A stretch of DNA of 64,000 nucleotides from a virus. Its lineage: Duplodnaviria; Caudoviricetes. Below the pieces are notes generated by a model that saw only the letters and a program-made list of their open reading frames with translations, was not told the origin of the DNA and ran no database searches. Shown here piece after piece: positions 46,738-56,864 of this stretch (its first letter is position 1; each line of letters begins with the position of its first letter). Location: positions 32,001 to 96,000 of IMG/VR virus record IMGVR_UViG_3300046615_000177. One strand, written 5' to 3'. A program made the position numbers and the translations under genes.

Positions 46738-46823
46738 AGTTTTCCACTCCTTGTGCATACACAAAAGCCCACAGGTTTCCGGCGTGCTCATTGGTTATCT
46801 GTAGGCTCTTAGGTGTGTGGTGC

Positions 46824-47165
46824 TTAGTGTGTTGGTGCGTTTACGATCCAGCAGTGGCCGGAGGTATCTACGAATAAGTCATGACGGTCCGGGTCAAATT
46901 CCTCCAGCGGTGTTCCCAGCAGCGCAAGCGCTCCGCCCATCGTATAGGCGTACCCTTGGTACAGAGCATCGAAGTCCTGAATGAGTGCGTCGATCTGCTC
47001 CTTCTTCAGCTGGAGCTTTGCCATGGTCTCCCGGACAGCCATGGCATCACCCTTCGGAAGCTTACCTACGTACTTGCCGTTCTCAGTACACTTTAGGTCG
47101 TCAGTAACAGAGCGAGTGTCTATCCGGCGACGAGTGAACAGGTCGTATACGTTGTTCTTACTCAT
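46824..47165 (-). CDS. Hypothetical protein
   Basis: Packed ORF. Confidence 0.65.
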   Translation of the reverse strand: MSKNNVYDLFTRRRIDTRSVTDDLKCTENGKYVGKLPKGDAMAVRETMAKLQLKKEQIDALIQDFDALYQGYAYTMGGALALLGTPLEEFDPDRHDLFVDTSGHCWIVNAPTH

Positions 47166-47640
47166 GAGGTGTTCCGATCTTCAGCGCGTCTGCGGCGACG
47201 TTCTGGATACGCGATATCTTCCAGCGAATCTCCCGAAGCTGTACCTCCAGCTCGGATATCCGCAGGTTGGCGCTGTAAAGGTCTGTATACCCCTCTCCCG
47301 GCGTTGGTGGAGTAGGCTGATCCTCACGGAAGGTGTAGTTAGGCTTCGCTGGACGTACAGGGCGCGGCTGCGCGGTGTACTCCGCCCGGAATGATCCCTT
47401 TTGTGGGAGGCAAGCCCCCCACCATTGACGGAACTGTGTCCGGCCCCAGCTTGTGTACTTCCTCCGCTCGCTCTCAATCTCAAAATTCCGACATATCTGT
47501 CCGAAGGCTTGCTGCTCGTCCAGATCGTCAAATAGATGCGCCATCCCTACGATGGCCTGCATACCCAACAATAGGGACTTAGTCGAATGCACTGTCCTCT
47601 GCTCGATTATCGCGTCAAGCTGGCTTACCGCTCTATCCAT
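47158..47640 (-). CDS. Hypothetical protein
   Basis: RBS GAGGTGA. Confidence 0.65.
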   Translation of the reverse strand: MDRAVSQLDAIIEQRTVHSTKSLLLGMQAIVGMAHLFDDLDEQQAFGQICRNFEIESERRKYTSWGRTQFRQWWGACLPQKGSFRAEYTAQPRPVRPAKPNYTFREDQPTPPTPGEGYTDLYSANLRISELEVQLREIRWKISRIQNVAADALKIGTPHE

Positions 47641-47821
47641 CGGATTTCACCTCTTCCGTCTTTTGAGAGTAAGGGGTCTTGTGCTGCTCCCCGTCGTCAG
47701 TGGGGCGGGCATAGTATGCCTCCCACGCCTTGCGGTGCTGTATCCTCCGGTTGATAGACGCACCCATAATTGCGAACGCTATCGAGAGCACCATTACAGC
47801 GTCAGTTATATTGCTACCCAT
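47633..47821 (-). CDS. Small membrane protein
   Basis: Hydrophobic segment AVMVLSIAFAIMGASI; RBS GGAGG. Confidence 0.55.
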   Translation of the reverse strand: MGSNITDAVMVLSIAFAIMGASINRRIQHRKAWEAYYARPTDDGEQHKTPYSQKTEEVKSDG

Positions 47822-49073
47822 CACTACCGACCTCCACTTCCCACAAACAATCTGCGGCGTTCTTGTCATCCCGGAAGCGTTCGAATTGCGGGTGCCGGAA
47901 CATACCTTTCTCCGTACGCTCCATAGCGCTGACTTCGATGACTTGACCCTTCAAGTCCTCGATCAGGTCTGTGAACATATCCCGGACGCCGTCGTCCATT
48001 CCAGAGCAGGTGCCTGCCTCTACCAGCTCACGTACGCCCTCTGCATTCTCCTTGTAGAGGCCGAACACAATGGAGCCAATCCATCCGTGGTAGAAGAACC
48101 TGCTGATTGGCCGGATGGTATCCCAGTCTGCGTGCTTATACGCTTCCTCAGAGCCAGACAGCTCCGCTTTGCTGCCGTTCGCATACTGCCAGTACTTCCA
48201 CGTCGCTAGTTCCGAAGTCTTTCCCTTGTGCTCGACTTCCGGTGGTAGGGTTCCCAGCACGATAACATCCGCGAATATCTTACCCTTCACCCGGTACCAG
48301 TACTTTTGCGGGCGTTTGTCACACTGGTAGTCGCTGTTGATATTCTTAAATACGATACCCTCTTCACCGTTCTCCTCTGCCCACTTCAGAAGGGCGCGCT
48401 TGGCGCTCTCGCCCTCAAACGGGCTGGAGATGTGGATGTAGTCTTCGGAGCTGGTGCCCTCAATGTTCTGCTCGTAGAACTTTTCCAGCGCATCGCGGCG
48501 TACCGTCCACGGCTGCTTCCGAAGGTCATTACCATTCTCGTCATAGGTCATTTCAAACAGCATGTAGTGTACCGGGCCATGGTCCGCTCGAAGGAAGGCG
48601 GCACTATCTTTGTCGATCTTGATCTCCGGGTCTTCTTCCTGCTCCTTCCACAGCCACATACCTGCGTCCTCGTTAAAATCGTAAATACCGAATCCTTGGC
48701 GCATACGCGCCTTCCACCCGTCGCACCCCATGATGCTGGTAACATGGTTGGACTTCTTTTGCGGGTAGTACACTTCGCCCTCCACGATCATCCTCGGCCA
48801 CGCCTTTAGGGCGTTTTGGAGGTGAGGAACGTTGTCCGTCTTCTCGACGGGCATTCCCAGCGTCTCCGGCTTTTTCTTGTTCTCACTCTTCTTGCGGCTA
48901 AAGAATCTGCCGCCGATACTGGTATAGCGGTTGCCGTCGCGCTTCAGCTCTGCGATGTAGGTATCATCTGCAAACATCTTATCAACCTTGCCGTCGGAGT
49001 TGTTCACGTTCATAGGGATGTACGGGACATCCCACCCGAACTGCTGCATTAGCTGCTTCATCTCTTCGGCCAC
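47814..49073 (-). CDS. lig: ATP-dependent DNA ligase
   Basis: ELKRDGNR (KxDG), VEGEV, EEGIVFK, WYRVK, FRHPQFERFRDDK. Confidence 0.92.
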   Translation of the reverse strand: MAEEMKQLMQQFGWDVPYIPMNVNNSDGKVDKMFADDTYIAELKRDGNRYTSIGGRFFSRKKSENKKKPETLGMPVEKTDNVPHLQNALKAWPRMIVEGEVYYPQKKSNHVTSIMGCDGWKARMRQGFGIYDFNEDAGMWLWKEQEEDPEIKIDKDSAAFLRADHGPVHYMLFEMTYDENGNDLRKQPWTVRRDALEKFYEQNIEGTSSEDYIHISSPFEGESAKRALLKWAEENGEEGIVFKNINSDYQCDKRPQKYWYRVKGKIFADVIVLGTLPPEVEHKGKTSELATWKYWQYANGSKAELSGSEEAYKHADWDTIRPISRFFYHGWIGSIVFGLYKENAEGVRELVEAGTCSGMDDGVRDMFTDLIEDLKGQVIEVSAMERTEKGMFRHPQFERFRDDKNAADCLWEVEVGSDG

Positions 49074-49555
49074 TCCCTTCCCCCGATCGGCTCTGTAGGT
49101 TTCCAATCATCCCCCGGCCTACGCCGCCCTTCCGGCGCTAGCACATTAATAAACATGCCACCACGGTACTCTGCCGGAACGTCAATCGCTGGGTAAAAGG
49201 CATCGGCTGAGACGGTAACTATCGTGTACTTTACGCCGTTACCAAGGAACTTCCGAAGTACTCGTTTCGGGATAAGCTTAATCCAGCGCATCTTCTTAGG
49301 GTCTTGTGTCCATACAGTCAGCAGCTGCTCCTTTAGCGCCTCCACCCAGTTCTCCGGGTACCGAACTTTTACGGCGTGGTCTACCCGGTGCTTAGCTATC
49401 AGAGACACCAATTGGTAGGCGACGCGGTCCGGTTCCTCCTGAGCGCTTATGACCATGTTGCGAATCCCTTCAGGATACTTCTTTGCGTAGGTAGTAGCAG
49501 CCTGCCGTACTACGTCCAGCCTTATCATCCTCTGCTCATAGGTGTCGTGGCTCAT
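49058..49555 (-). CDS. Hypothetical protein
   Basis: RBS AGGAG. Confidence 0.65.
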   Translation of the reverse strand: MSHDTYEQRMIRLDVVRQAATTYAKKYPEGIRNMVISAQEEPDRVAYQLVSLIAKHRVDHAVKVRYPENWVEALKEQLLTVWTQDPKKMRWIKLIPKRVLRKFLGNGVKYTIVTVSADAFYPAIDVPAEYRGGMFINVLAPEGRRRPGDDWKPTEPIGGREWPKR

Positions 49556-49616
49556 TTTACCAGCTCCTAAGTAATGGTGAAGGCTTCCAAACTTCGGAAG
49601 CCCTCCCGGTAGTATC

Positions 49617-51164
49617 CTACAGCTTGATGACCTTGTTAACGTGCCCGCAGAAGGTGCACTTCTTCGTCAGCCCCGGACCAAGTTTCTGGTAGGTGACTTC
49701 CTTTTTACAGTTCGTGCAGGTGATCGCCTTCTGACCGTCGACGATACGCTCTTCCGCCTCCACCGCTGGGGTAGGCGCTCCCAGTATAAGCTCCCCGGTA
49801 GCCGTGAACATATCCTTGGCTCCGTTCATGGCCGTCTTCTCAGCTTCGGAAGCCGTGAGCGTTGCCTGTGCCGATGGGGAAAGGTCTGTGCCTGCTTCAG
49901 GTGCCTCGTCTACGAGGAACTTGGTATAATCCAGCGCTCCGATGTCTACCAGTTGCAGGAATCCATCCTGATCTACACCCTTCGGAACCTTGCGGCTGTC
50001 GATACGGATAAGGGATACCTGCCCAGCATTGTCGTCCTCGAAGCTCCACACCAGCTCTTCAGGGCACGATACCCAAGCGGCGGCTGGACGTACAGCCAGC
50101 CCGTTTGTCTGCGGGTTCCAGCAATGGTCGTAGTACTCACAGTACTGTGGCTGGTTATCTCGGTGCCCCCACGAGCACGGGAATCCGTCTGGCTTGTCAG
50201 AGCAGCGGTCCGGTACCAGTCGAGCGATAGCGGCGAGGTCGCCTTCAGCATCGGCCTTCTGAAGTTCTTCGACTACGCTCCACAGCCGGGAGATGCGAGG
50301 CACTACACCTTCACGGGTGTCGTCTCCGTAAAATCTGCCGCTGTCAATCTTGATGCGCACAACGTCCGGGGCCATCTCACCGTGCAGCTCAGTTTCCCAG
50401 TCCAGTTCCACACCGTCGTAGAAGTCCGTCCACAGAATCTGCACTTCCACCGTGTCGTTGTTGTCCTTCGACTCAATGTAGATCGAGCCATATGGTGTTC
50501 CCAGCATGTACATGTAGAAACTGATCTGATCAACGTAGCCAGTAATCTTCGATACGTCGCGCTTATTCTTGATGTCCTTAAACCCGTATGGGTTCATGGT
50601 CTTGATATCGGCCACCATTGTGCGCGGCTGGTAAGTATCCAGCGGTGTGACCACACCGCCCTCGATGGAGAACAGCCCAATCTGCTGCCCGTACTCAGGA
50701 TCGAGGTCAACCACAATTTCCCATTCCCCAGTGTCCTCATTACGCACGGACTCCACTTTAGCCTTGCCTGTCGCGTGTGCGCGGATGATGTTCAGGTCAA
50801 GCTCCCCATCGTAGTGCCCGGCCCACTCCCACGGAAACTCCTTCAAATATTCATCGTTCTTCGAGGATAGCCGCCGCTCCATGGAAACCAGCACGCCCAT
50901 CTCTTCCCATGCCCGCTGAAAGCGCTCGTGCACGAAGTCGCCGTTCTCCAGTTGGCGGAGGTTCTTAGCTGCCTTGCCGACCTTCGGAAGGTGGTGACCG
51001 AAGAAGCTGTACACAATCTTGCGGTCGTCGCTGCCCAGTTCGGAAGCCCGAAAGAACTTCTTTGCTCCGTTGTTCGATCCTGTCATGTCGGTGTACTGTG
51101 CCTTTACGTTTTCCTTGTGTTCCCGCTTAGCCACCTGAAATGAATCCATAGCACTTGATAACAC
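49617..51164 (-). CDS. PD-(D/E)xK Cas4-like exonuclease with C-terminal zinc ribbon
   Basis: RASELG, G..VHE, GHYDG, ADIKT, QISFYM, YCEYYDHC, CTNC/CTFC. Confidence 0.8.
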   Translation of the reverse strand: MLSSAMDSFQVAKREHKENVKAQYTDMTGSNNGAKKFFRASELGSDDRKIVYSFFGHHLPKVGKAAKNLRQLENGDFVHERFQRAWEEMGVLVSMERRLSSKNDEYLKEFPWEWAGHYDGELDLNIIRAHATGKAKVESVRNEDTGEWEIVVDLDPEYGQQIGLFSIEGGVVTPLDTYQPRTMVADIKTMNPYGFKDIKNKRDVSKITGYVDQISFYMYMLGTPYGSIYIESKDNNDTVEVQILWTDFYDGVELDWETELHGEMAPDVVRIKIDSGRFYGDDTREGVVPRISRLWSVVEELQKADAEGDLAAIARLVPDRCSDKPDGFPCSWGHRDNQPQYCEYYDHCWNPQTNGLAVRPAAAWVSCPEELVWSFEDDNAGQVSLIRIDSRKVPKGVDQDGFLQLVDIGALDYTKFLVDEAPEAGTDLSPSAQATLTASEAEKTAMNGAKDMFTATGELILGAPTPAVEAEERIVDGQKAITCTNCKKEVTYQKLGPGLTKKCTFCGHVNKVIKL

Positions 51165-51179
51165 TGATAACCAGCCCCT

Positions 51180-51299
51180 TGTCGAATAAAGTAGAATTGT
51201 GTTAGTTCGTACTTTATTCTACCTTCAGCCTGTACAAGTGTCAACAAGTTTTTACAAGTTTGAACAACTTTCGACAAAGAAAAGACGACTCTTGTCGAA
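51180..51299 (-). promoter_or_regulatory. SigmaA-type promoter with five 10-bp iterons and three Spo0A boxes
   Basis: TTGACA(51244-51239)-N17-TAGAAT(51221-51216); ACAA every 10 bp from 51234 to 51274; 0A boxes at 51180, 51270 and 51293. Confidence 0.8.
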
Positions 51300-51321
51300 T
51301 CGTCTCCCTTAGTGCGGTATG

Positions 51322-51678
51322 CTATTTTAAGTAGTACGTTTCCAGCGCATCTATCGCGCTCTCTGCTAACTTCCGTACCCTACCAAATTCCTCGCTAAGT
51401 GCGACAACAAGATTACCTTTAATTGCCTCAACGCCGTCGAACACCCATACATGAGCAGAAGCGCTGCGTGTACTTTGTACGTTTAGTACAATCTCGCCCA
51501 CGCTGTCCTTCGGAATGTTCCGGGAGCGCTTAGGTGCATCGTTACAAGTCTCTCGAACCATGTAGCTCTTAGGCGTGTCGTTAGTCACGGTGTACTCGGT
51601 AACATTAGCTGACACCTCTTGGTCTGATCCTCCCGTGTACACCACAACTACCCTAAACAGTTTGGTGGGCGATGTCAT
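51322..51678 (-). CDS. Hypothetical protein
   Basis: ATGA overlap. Confidence 0.65.
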   Translation of the reverse strand: MTSPTKLFRVVVVYTGGSDQEVSANVTEYTVTNDTPKSYMVRETCNDAPKRSRNIPKDSVGEIVLNVQSTRSASAHVWVFDGVEAIKGNLVVALSEEFGRVRKLAESAIDALETYYLK

Positions 51679-52403
51679 CCTTGCACCCCCGTACTTCCGA
51701 AGCCGTCTGTTCCACGGTCGGTGTCCGTACTGACCTTTCCTTCAACGATCTCCAGCGGGCGGATGACCTCCACCAGCACGAGCTGCGCAATACGATCACC
51801 CTTCCGAATCAGGTAGGTGCCGTGTGCGTTGGCTGTGAAGTTCCCAGTGAATATGTGCCCGCCGTCGATGGCCCGAACGTACGAGCTGGTCATCTTGTGC
51901 AGCTCGACCCGTGTCACCGCGTTGGTGTCGTCATCCCGCTCATGCTCGACTTCGAACTCCGCCCATGCGTTGTTGTCTATGATGATCTTCAACTCACCTC
52001 GGAAGGTGTTGTCGATAGTGCCCGGCGCATTGCTCACCCGGAGGGCAGACTTCGCGCTTACACCGGAACGCGGGCGTGCCTGCATCTCCCAGCGGTACCC
52101 CAGCTCGTGGAACGGGTGGCGCGGAATAGCCACCAGCAAGCCCAGCGGAATCAGCGCTGTCTCACCCGGTGTCAGCATGATATCCTCCACCGCATACACG
52201 TCCATGCCGCTGTCTCCATCCTTTGCGTACTTCGGAAGTACTGCATCAGGGTGGATGCGTTCGAACGTGAGGCGGGTCATCACCGGAACGACCTTACCAT
52301 CACCATACCCAGCAAGCCGCGAACCCTGCGCCTTCAGCTCTCTATAGTAACCTGTCTCTCTACCACTCTCGTTGAAGTACATTGTTCCGTTATCTTCGTA
52401 CAT
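51675..52403 (-). CDS. dut: Trimeric dUTPase with insertion
   Basis: GDSGMD, RPRSG, GTIDNTFRGE, GDRIAQLV, DRGTDGFGSTG. Confidence 0.93.
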   Translation of the reverse strand: MYEDNGTMYFNESGRETGYYRELKAQGSRLAGYGDGKVVPVMTRLTFERIHPDAVLPKYAKDGDSGMDVYAVEDIMLTPGETALIPLGLLVAIPRHPFHELGYRWEMQARPRSGVSAKSALRVSNAPGTIDNTFRGELKIIIDNNAWAEFEVEHERDDDTNAVTRVELHKMTSSYVRAIDGGHIFTGNFTANAHGTYLIRKGDRIAQLVLVEVIRPLEIVEGKVSTDTDRGTDGFGSTGVQG

Positions 52404-52458
52404 TGCTACCAGCTCCTTTTAATATTGGGAGCCAAGGAAGGCTCCCGTATGAGTACTC

Positions 52459-54849
52459 TTATCTAATTGGGCATGCGCCGCTTTCGCAGTCTGCCCCTTC
52501 CAGCTCTACTTCCTGCCCGTGGTCGAACTTCCGAAGGATGTCCATATCGAAGTCGGACATCGCCGCCACCAGCTCGTCGTATCGTTCTGGGTTCTGCTCG
52601 TAAGGTGCGAGCTGATAGGACCCTCCGTCCTTCGCAAGGAAGGAGACTCCGACAAAGTCGTTCCAGTTGGTGTGCACGATCCCGGAAGCTACCATCCACT
52701 CTGAAGGGTCCAGCACGATAGTATTCGAGCTGTTGTGGTCGGTGTAGTGTGCTTGGAACCGGAAGTAGTTATCAAACTGCTGGTACACATCAACGTCCTG
52801 CTCGGTCAGCTTAGCCTCCGACTTAATAGGGAAGTCAACAACCAGCGTCCGGGCGTTAGACAGCTTCTCAGCGTCCGTATCCCCTTCTGTACCCACTTCC
52901 GGCGACACTGTCCAGCCTGCATGCTCCTGCACAGCCTTCGCCAGCGGGTCAACTGAGTTGATGCGGATACGGCGTACGCCCTTCCGAACCTTGGCGAAGT
53001 GCAATCCGCTCGATCCTGCACCTAGTACCAACGTCAGCGTGCCCTCTGGCTTCACGGTAGTGACCAGCAACGGTGTAGGAACGCGCAGCTCACGGGCGTA
53101 CGCTTCCGCCGTTACGTTAGCGGTCTCCCGCAGGTCATGCAGCAGGTCCGCTTCAGTCTCTTCAGAAGCTCCAATCTCGCCCATAGCATCCTTCCACCCG
53201 GTTAGACTCACGCCCAGCAGGACGTCCTGCTTCTGGCGCGCATCCCAGTTCGGAAGTTCGAGGGTAACCAGCGTCATCCGAAGCCCCGCCCGCGTAGATA
53301 GTATCTGCGCGTCGATCAGTCCTTCGTAGTCCAGCCTACCATTCTGCACGAACGCTTTGACGTTGATGGTAGTCAGGTTGCACACACCCTTGCTATACAG
53401 GTCAATCTCGCCGCACGGGTTCACCCCAAGGTAGTAGGCCAGAGCGAGGATCGCTTCCTCTGTTGGCTCCACGCCCAGACGGTTCAGGCGGCGGATAGCC
53501 AGCTCCCGGAGGTTGACGAAGCCCGGCTCGCCTTCCTTCTGCATGACCTCGAATAGGAAGTCGAGGAAGCTCTGCTCTGGCTGGTGCAGGAATCCGATAG
53601 AGTTATTCGACATCCGGCGGTGGTGCAGGGCACGCTCTTCGTTGCAGGGGTACGGGTAGTACTCGATACCCTGTCTTGCAGCGTAGGCGATAGCTACATC
53701 TACATCTGGGGTCTTCAAGCGTACGCTGCCCTTATCGTCCTTGACGACATACCACTTCACGGCCAGTGTGTCCCAAAACGCAGGTACCGGAATACCCAGC
53801 GCTTCCATGCGGCCACGGAGATACTCATGATGGGCGAATCCTTCCTCGCCCCATATACCGTTAATGCCGTACTTGGCAAAGATGAATTCCCAATCATCGG
53901 CAGCACCAAGGGCAATTTCTGCCGTTCTGCGCACGCCTCCAACTACAACGTTATAGCCGATCAGGTTGCACATATCCACCACATGAATGGGGCGCACCTT
54001 CACGTACCCATTACCGACATCCTCCAGCGGGGCGAGGAACGGGTCGATTTGGTTGTTCAGGACTTTCATAAAGCCCTCGAACATCTCCATCAGCGGGATG
54101 TGCCCGGACGCAGTGCCTCCGAACGTTTTCAGCGCCTCCCCGTTAGGGCGCACCCAGTCATAGTTGAAGACGATGGTCTTGATACTTGCGTATTGCGCTT
54201 CGGTCAGTATTTGTAAGAACTTCCGAAGTGCATCCACCCATCCTTCCTTGCTGTCACCCACTCGGATATAGGCTGTTGTTAACACGGCCTGTGTGATAAG
54301 GTCGGTCTTATCCTCGCGGTCCCACTTCGGAACTGGTTCATAGGAGTCATGCACGACCTTCACGTTGCTGCGGATTGGGGCAAGTTTCGCTGCCATTTCC
54401 GGGATGCTCTTAAATCCGACGCCCGTACCTACGAGCAGCAGGTAGAAGGCTTCCGCGAGGTCTTCCCACGTTTCGGTGATCGTAAAGGAGCAGTTGAAGT
54501 TCGCCAGCGGGTACTTGTCAGCTACGCCGTTCTCGGCTCCACCTACCCACATTGTGCGCCCAGATAGGGCCTGCTTCAGCCCGAACATGTTGTCAAACAA
54601 CATCCGAAGCTCTTTGCGCATGCGTTCGCGCGGGATCGGAAGGCCAAGCTTCAGGCGGTGCTTCATTTCAAGTCCTACGCTGTATGTTGAAGCCCGCAGC
54701 ACTGTCTCCCGGAAGAATTCCCGGCGCTTCTCGCGTGGTAACGGACGTGAATATGTTCTGAGGTACGTAAACTTTCCAATAGGTGTCATATGGTCCGGGA
54801 ACTCCGGGTATTTCGCGACTTCCTCGGCTGACAGTTCGATATCTTTCAT
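52459..54849 (-). CDS. nrdJ: Class II (adenosylcobalamin) ribonucleoside-triphosphate reductase
   Basis: RTYSR, SGRTMW, NFNCSF, GGVRRTA, NPCGEI, TVKPEGT, C-terminal CESGACPIR. Confidence 0.95.
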   Translation of the reverse strand: MKDIELSAEEVAKYPEFPDHMTPIGKFTYLRTYSRPLPREKRREFFRETVLRASTYSVGLEMKHRLKLGLPIPRERMRKELRMLFDNMFGLKQALSGRTMWVGGAENGVADKYPLANFNCSFTITETWEDLAEAFYLLLVGTGVGFKSIPEMAAKLAPIRSNVKVVHDSYEPVPKWDREDKTDLITQAVLTTAYIRVGDSKEGWVDALRKFLQILTEAQYASIKTIVFNYDWVRPNGEALKTFGGTASGHIPLMEMFEGFMKVLNNQIDPFLAPLEDVGNGYVKVRPIHVVDMCNLIGYNVVVGGVRRTAEIALGAADDWEFIFAKYGINGIWGEEGFAHHEYLRGRMEALGIPVPAFWDTLAVKWYVVKDDKGSVRLKTPDVDVAIAYAARQGIEYYPYPCNEERALHHRRMSNNSIGFLHQPEQSFLDFLFEVMQKEGEPGFVNLRELAIRRLNRLGVEPTEEAILALAYYLGVNPCGEIDLYSKGVCNLTTINVKAFVQNGRLDYEGLIDAQILSTRAGLRMTLVTLELPNWDARQKQDVLLGVSLTGWKDAMGEIGASEETEADLLHDLRETANVTAEAYARELRVPTPLLVTTVKPEGTLTLVLGAGSSGLHFAKVRKGVRRIRINSVDPLAKAVQEHAGWTVSPEVGTEGDTDAEKLSNARTLVVDFPIKSEAKLTEQDVDVYQQFDNYFRFQAHYTDHNSSNTIVLDPSEWMVASGIVHTNWNDFVGVSFLAKDGGSYQLAPYEQNPERYDELVAAMSDFDMDILRKFDHGQEVELEGADCESGACPIR

Positions 54850-54871
54850 GGTTGTTCCCCCAGTGTGTAGG

Positions 54872-55390
54872 CTACCTTCTCGCTAGTAGCTCGAAGGTGC
54901 ATAACCCAATCGCCGCACTATCCCAAACGTGATCAGGTTGACGCGCCAACATAACACGGGACTCAGGAAGACGCTGCATGACGTAGTGCTGGACCTGCGC
55001 TTTGTTGGCTCTTCCGGCCTTCAGAAGCGTACGTTTCCAGAATGCATTCTCATACACCGCCGTTTCTAGGCCCAGCTCCCGACCTACCATGCGGAAGTGC
55101 TCTGTTAACCACGACATTTCTTTATAGGTCTTGCCCACGAGCTTACCCTGCTCGGTAAAATCCTCAATGGCAATATGCGTCGAGTGGCAGTTTGTGGCAA
55201 GGGTCCGCAAGCTCTCCCCCAGTGAGTCGATGCGCTCACGAACTTCGGCGGTGCCTCCTTGCTCCTTAGCGGTCTTCAGAAGTCCATAGCGTTCCAGCCT
55301 CACCCTACGGGTTGTGGGATCACCTACAAGTAGTGAATACCCAGTATTGGCCGTACCGGGGTCAAGCCCTATAATGCGGACCGTGCTCAT
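54872..55390 (-). CDS. ruvC: RuvC-like Holliday junction resolvase
   Basis: IIGLDPGTANTGY, IAIED, GRANKAQV, DHVWDSAAI. Confidence 0.9.
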   Translation of the reverse strand: MSTVRIIGLDPGTANTGYSLLVGDPTTRRVRLERYGLLKTAKEQGGTAEVRERIDSLGESLRTLATNCHSTHIAIEDFTEQGKLVGKTYKEMSWLTEHFRMVGRELGLETAVYENAFWKRTLLKAGRANKAQVQHYVMQRLPESRVMLARQPDHVWDSAAIGLCTFELLARR

Positions 55391-56013
55391 TTGAACCGCC
55401 CCGGCAAGCGCTTCAGGGTAACATCCAGCAGGTTGGCCGTCACTACTGCCATAGGGCGATTAGCAACCACCTTCACGAACCGCTCGTCTGTCTGTGCCAG
55501 TTGGAGCATACCATCATTGATCTTCTTGAAGAAGGCGTCTCCCAGCCTCTCGAATCGGTCGTCGTTCGGAACCTTACGGTGGCTCTCGCCTGTCAGCACA
55601 AAGGTTAGATCAGGCATCAATGCACCCGTAGTGGCTTGGTGGAGCCGCAGGAGAAACGCTTTCCGCCAGCCGCGTCCGTGCCCTTGGTAGACCGTTGTGC
55701 TATCGACATAGCGGTCGCATACGACGATCTTCCCGGCCATTATCGCAGGCTTCAAGACTTCTTTGTAGTGCTGTGCACGGTCTGCCATGATGATGAACAG
55801 CTCTGCCGCATTGGAAATGTCGCGCGCCGGGTCAAGGTACAGCTCCCGTAGCTTCTGCCCCAGCTCTGTACCTCCTGTCTCCCTTGTCCATACCGCGTCG
55901 TACCCACGCTTCCGAAGCTCTTCTACAAGAAGGTGGGACTGTGTAGTTCCACCCAGTCCTTCCACGGTCTTCTCAAAGGTGATGAAAAACCCTTTGCGCT
56001 CGCTGGCTCTCAT
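55387..56013 (-). CDS. tmk: Thymidylate kinase-like protein with deviant P-loop
   Basis: [38 protein letters not shown]. Confidence 0.88.
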   Translation of the reverse strand: MRASERKGFFITFEKTVEGLGGTTQSHLLVEELRKRGYDAVWTRETGGTELGQKLRELYLDPARDISNAAELFIIMADRAQHYKEVLKPAIMAGKIVVCDRYVDSTTVYQGHGRGWRKAFLLRLHQATTGALMPDLTFVLTGESHRKVPNDDRFERLGDAFFKKINDGMLQLAQTDERFVKVVANRPMAVVTANLLDVTLKRLPGRFK

Positions 56014-56864
56014 ACGCTAACTTCCCCTTTAATGGCAGGATGCGGGTCGTACCCGGTCAGCACGAAGTCTTCATACACGAAGTCGTCAATGCACTTCACG
56101 TCCGGGTTAAGAATCATACGCGGGCGTAGTCTAGGGTACCGCAGAATCTGCTCGCTGACCTGCGGAAGGTGGTTCGTGTAGATATGAGCATCACCGATGG
56201 TGTGGACAAGTTCTCCCGGCTCCAGATCGGTCACCTGCGCTATCATCATCGTAAGCAGGGCAGCAGAGGCGATATTGAATGGAAGCCCAAGGAACACATC
56301 CGCCGACCGCTGGTACACCTGACACGACAGCCGTCCGTCTGCTACGTAGAACTGATAAAGCACATGGCATGGCGGGAGTTTCATCTGCGAAAGCTCAGCC
56401 ACGTTCCAAGCGTCGATGATCATGCGGCGGCTATCCGGGTTTACCTTGATCTGCTCGATGACGTCTGCTACTTGGTCGATCTCGAAGCGCCGGAATCGGC
56501 TCGTGTAGCCTCGCGGCGAGTCATGGAACGTGAAGCTGCTGGATACTGGTTCGTACGCCGGGTACCTTCTCCACTGACTTCCATAGACAGGCCCAAGCTC
56601 TCCGTTCTCGTCAGCCCATGCATCCCAGATTGTAACGCCGTTCTCCTTCAGGTACTTAATGTTTGTCTCACCCTTTAGGAACCACAGCAGCTCATGGACA
56701 ATCGACTTCAGGTGCACCTTCTTGGTGGTGACTAGTGGGAAACCATCCCGCAGGTCGAAACGTAGATGCCGCCCAAACACAGATAGTGTGCCTGTCCCTG
56801 TGCGGTCTTCTTTCTTCGTACCGTCCTTCAAAATCTGGCGGCACAGCTCGACGTATTGACGCAT
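56010..56864 (-). CDS. thyA: Thymidylate synthase
   Basis: [42 protein letters not shown]. Confidence 0.97.
   Translation of the reverse strand: MRQYVELCRQILKDGTKKEDRTGTGTLSVFGRHLRFDLRDGFPLVTTKKVHLKSIVHELLWFLKGETNIKYLKENGVTIWDAWADENGELGPVYGSQWRRYPAYEPVSSSFTFHDSPRGYTSRFRRFEIDQVADVIEQIKVNPDSRRMIIDAWNVAELSQMKLPPCHVLYQFYVADGRLSCQVYQRSADVFLGLPFNIASAALLTMMIAQVTDLEPGELVHTIGDAHIYTNHLPQVSEQILRYPRLRPRMILNPDVKCIDDFVYEDFVLTGYDPHPAIKGEVSV

Noticed and set aside
11512-50870. Other long plus-strand ORFs (e.g. 11512-12453, 49641-50870)
   Set aside because: Antisense shadows of the portal, nuclease and other well-supported genes.
49617-51164. CRISPR-Cas system suggested by the Cas4-like gene
   Set aside because: No array and no other cas genes seen; stand-alone Cas4-like nucleases are common in phages.
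51672-52466. 264-aa minus-strand ORF overlapping dut
   Set aside because: Alternate frame of the dUTPase gene, with no motifs.
56010-56864. thyA as a dCMP hydroxymethylase (modified-base pathway)
   Set aside because: It retains the dUMP-specifying Asn (LPFN) and canonical ThyA motifs.
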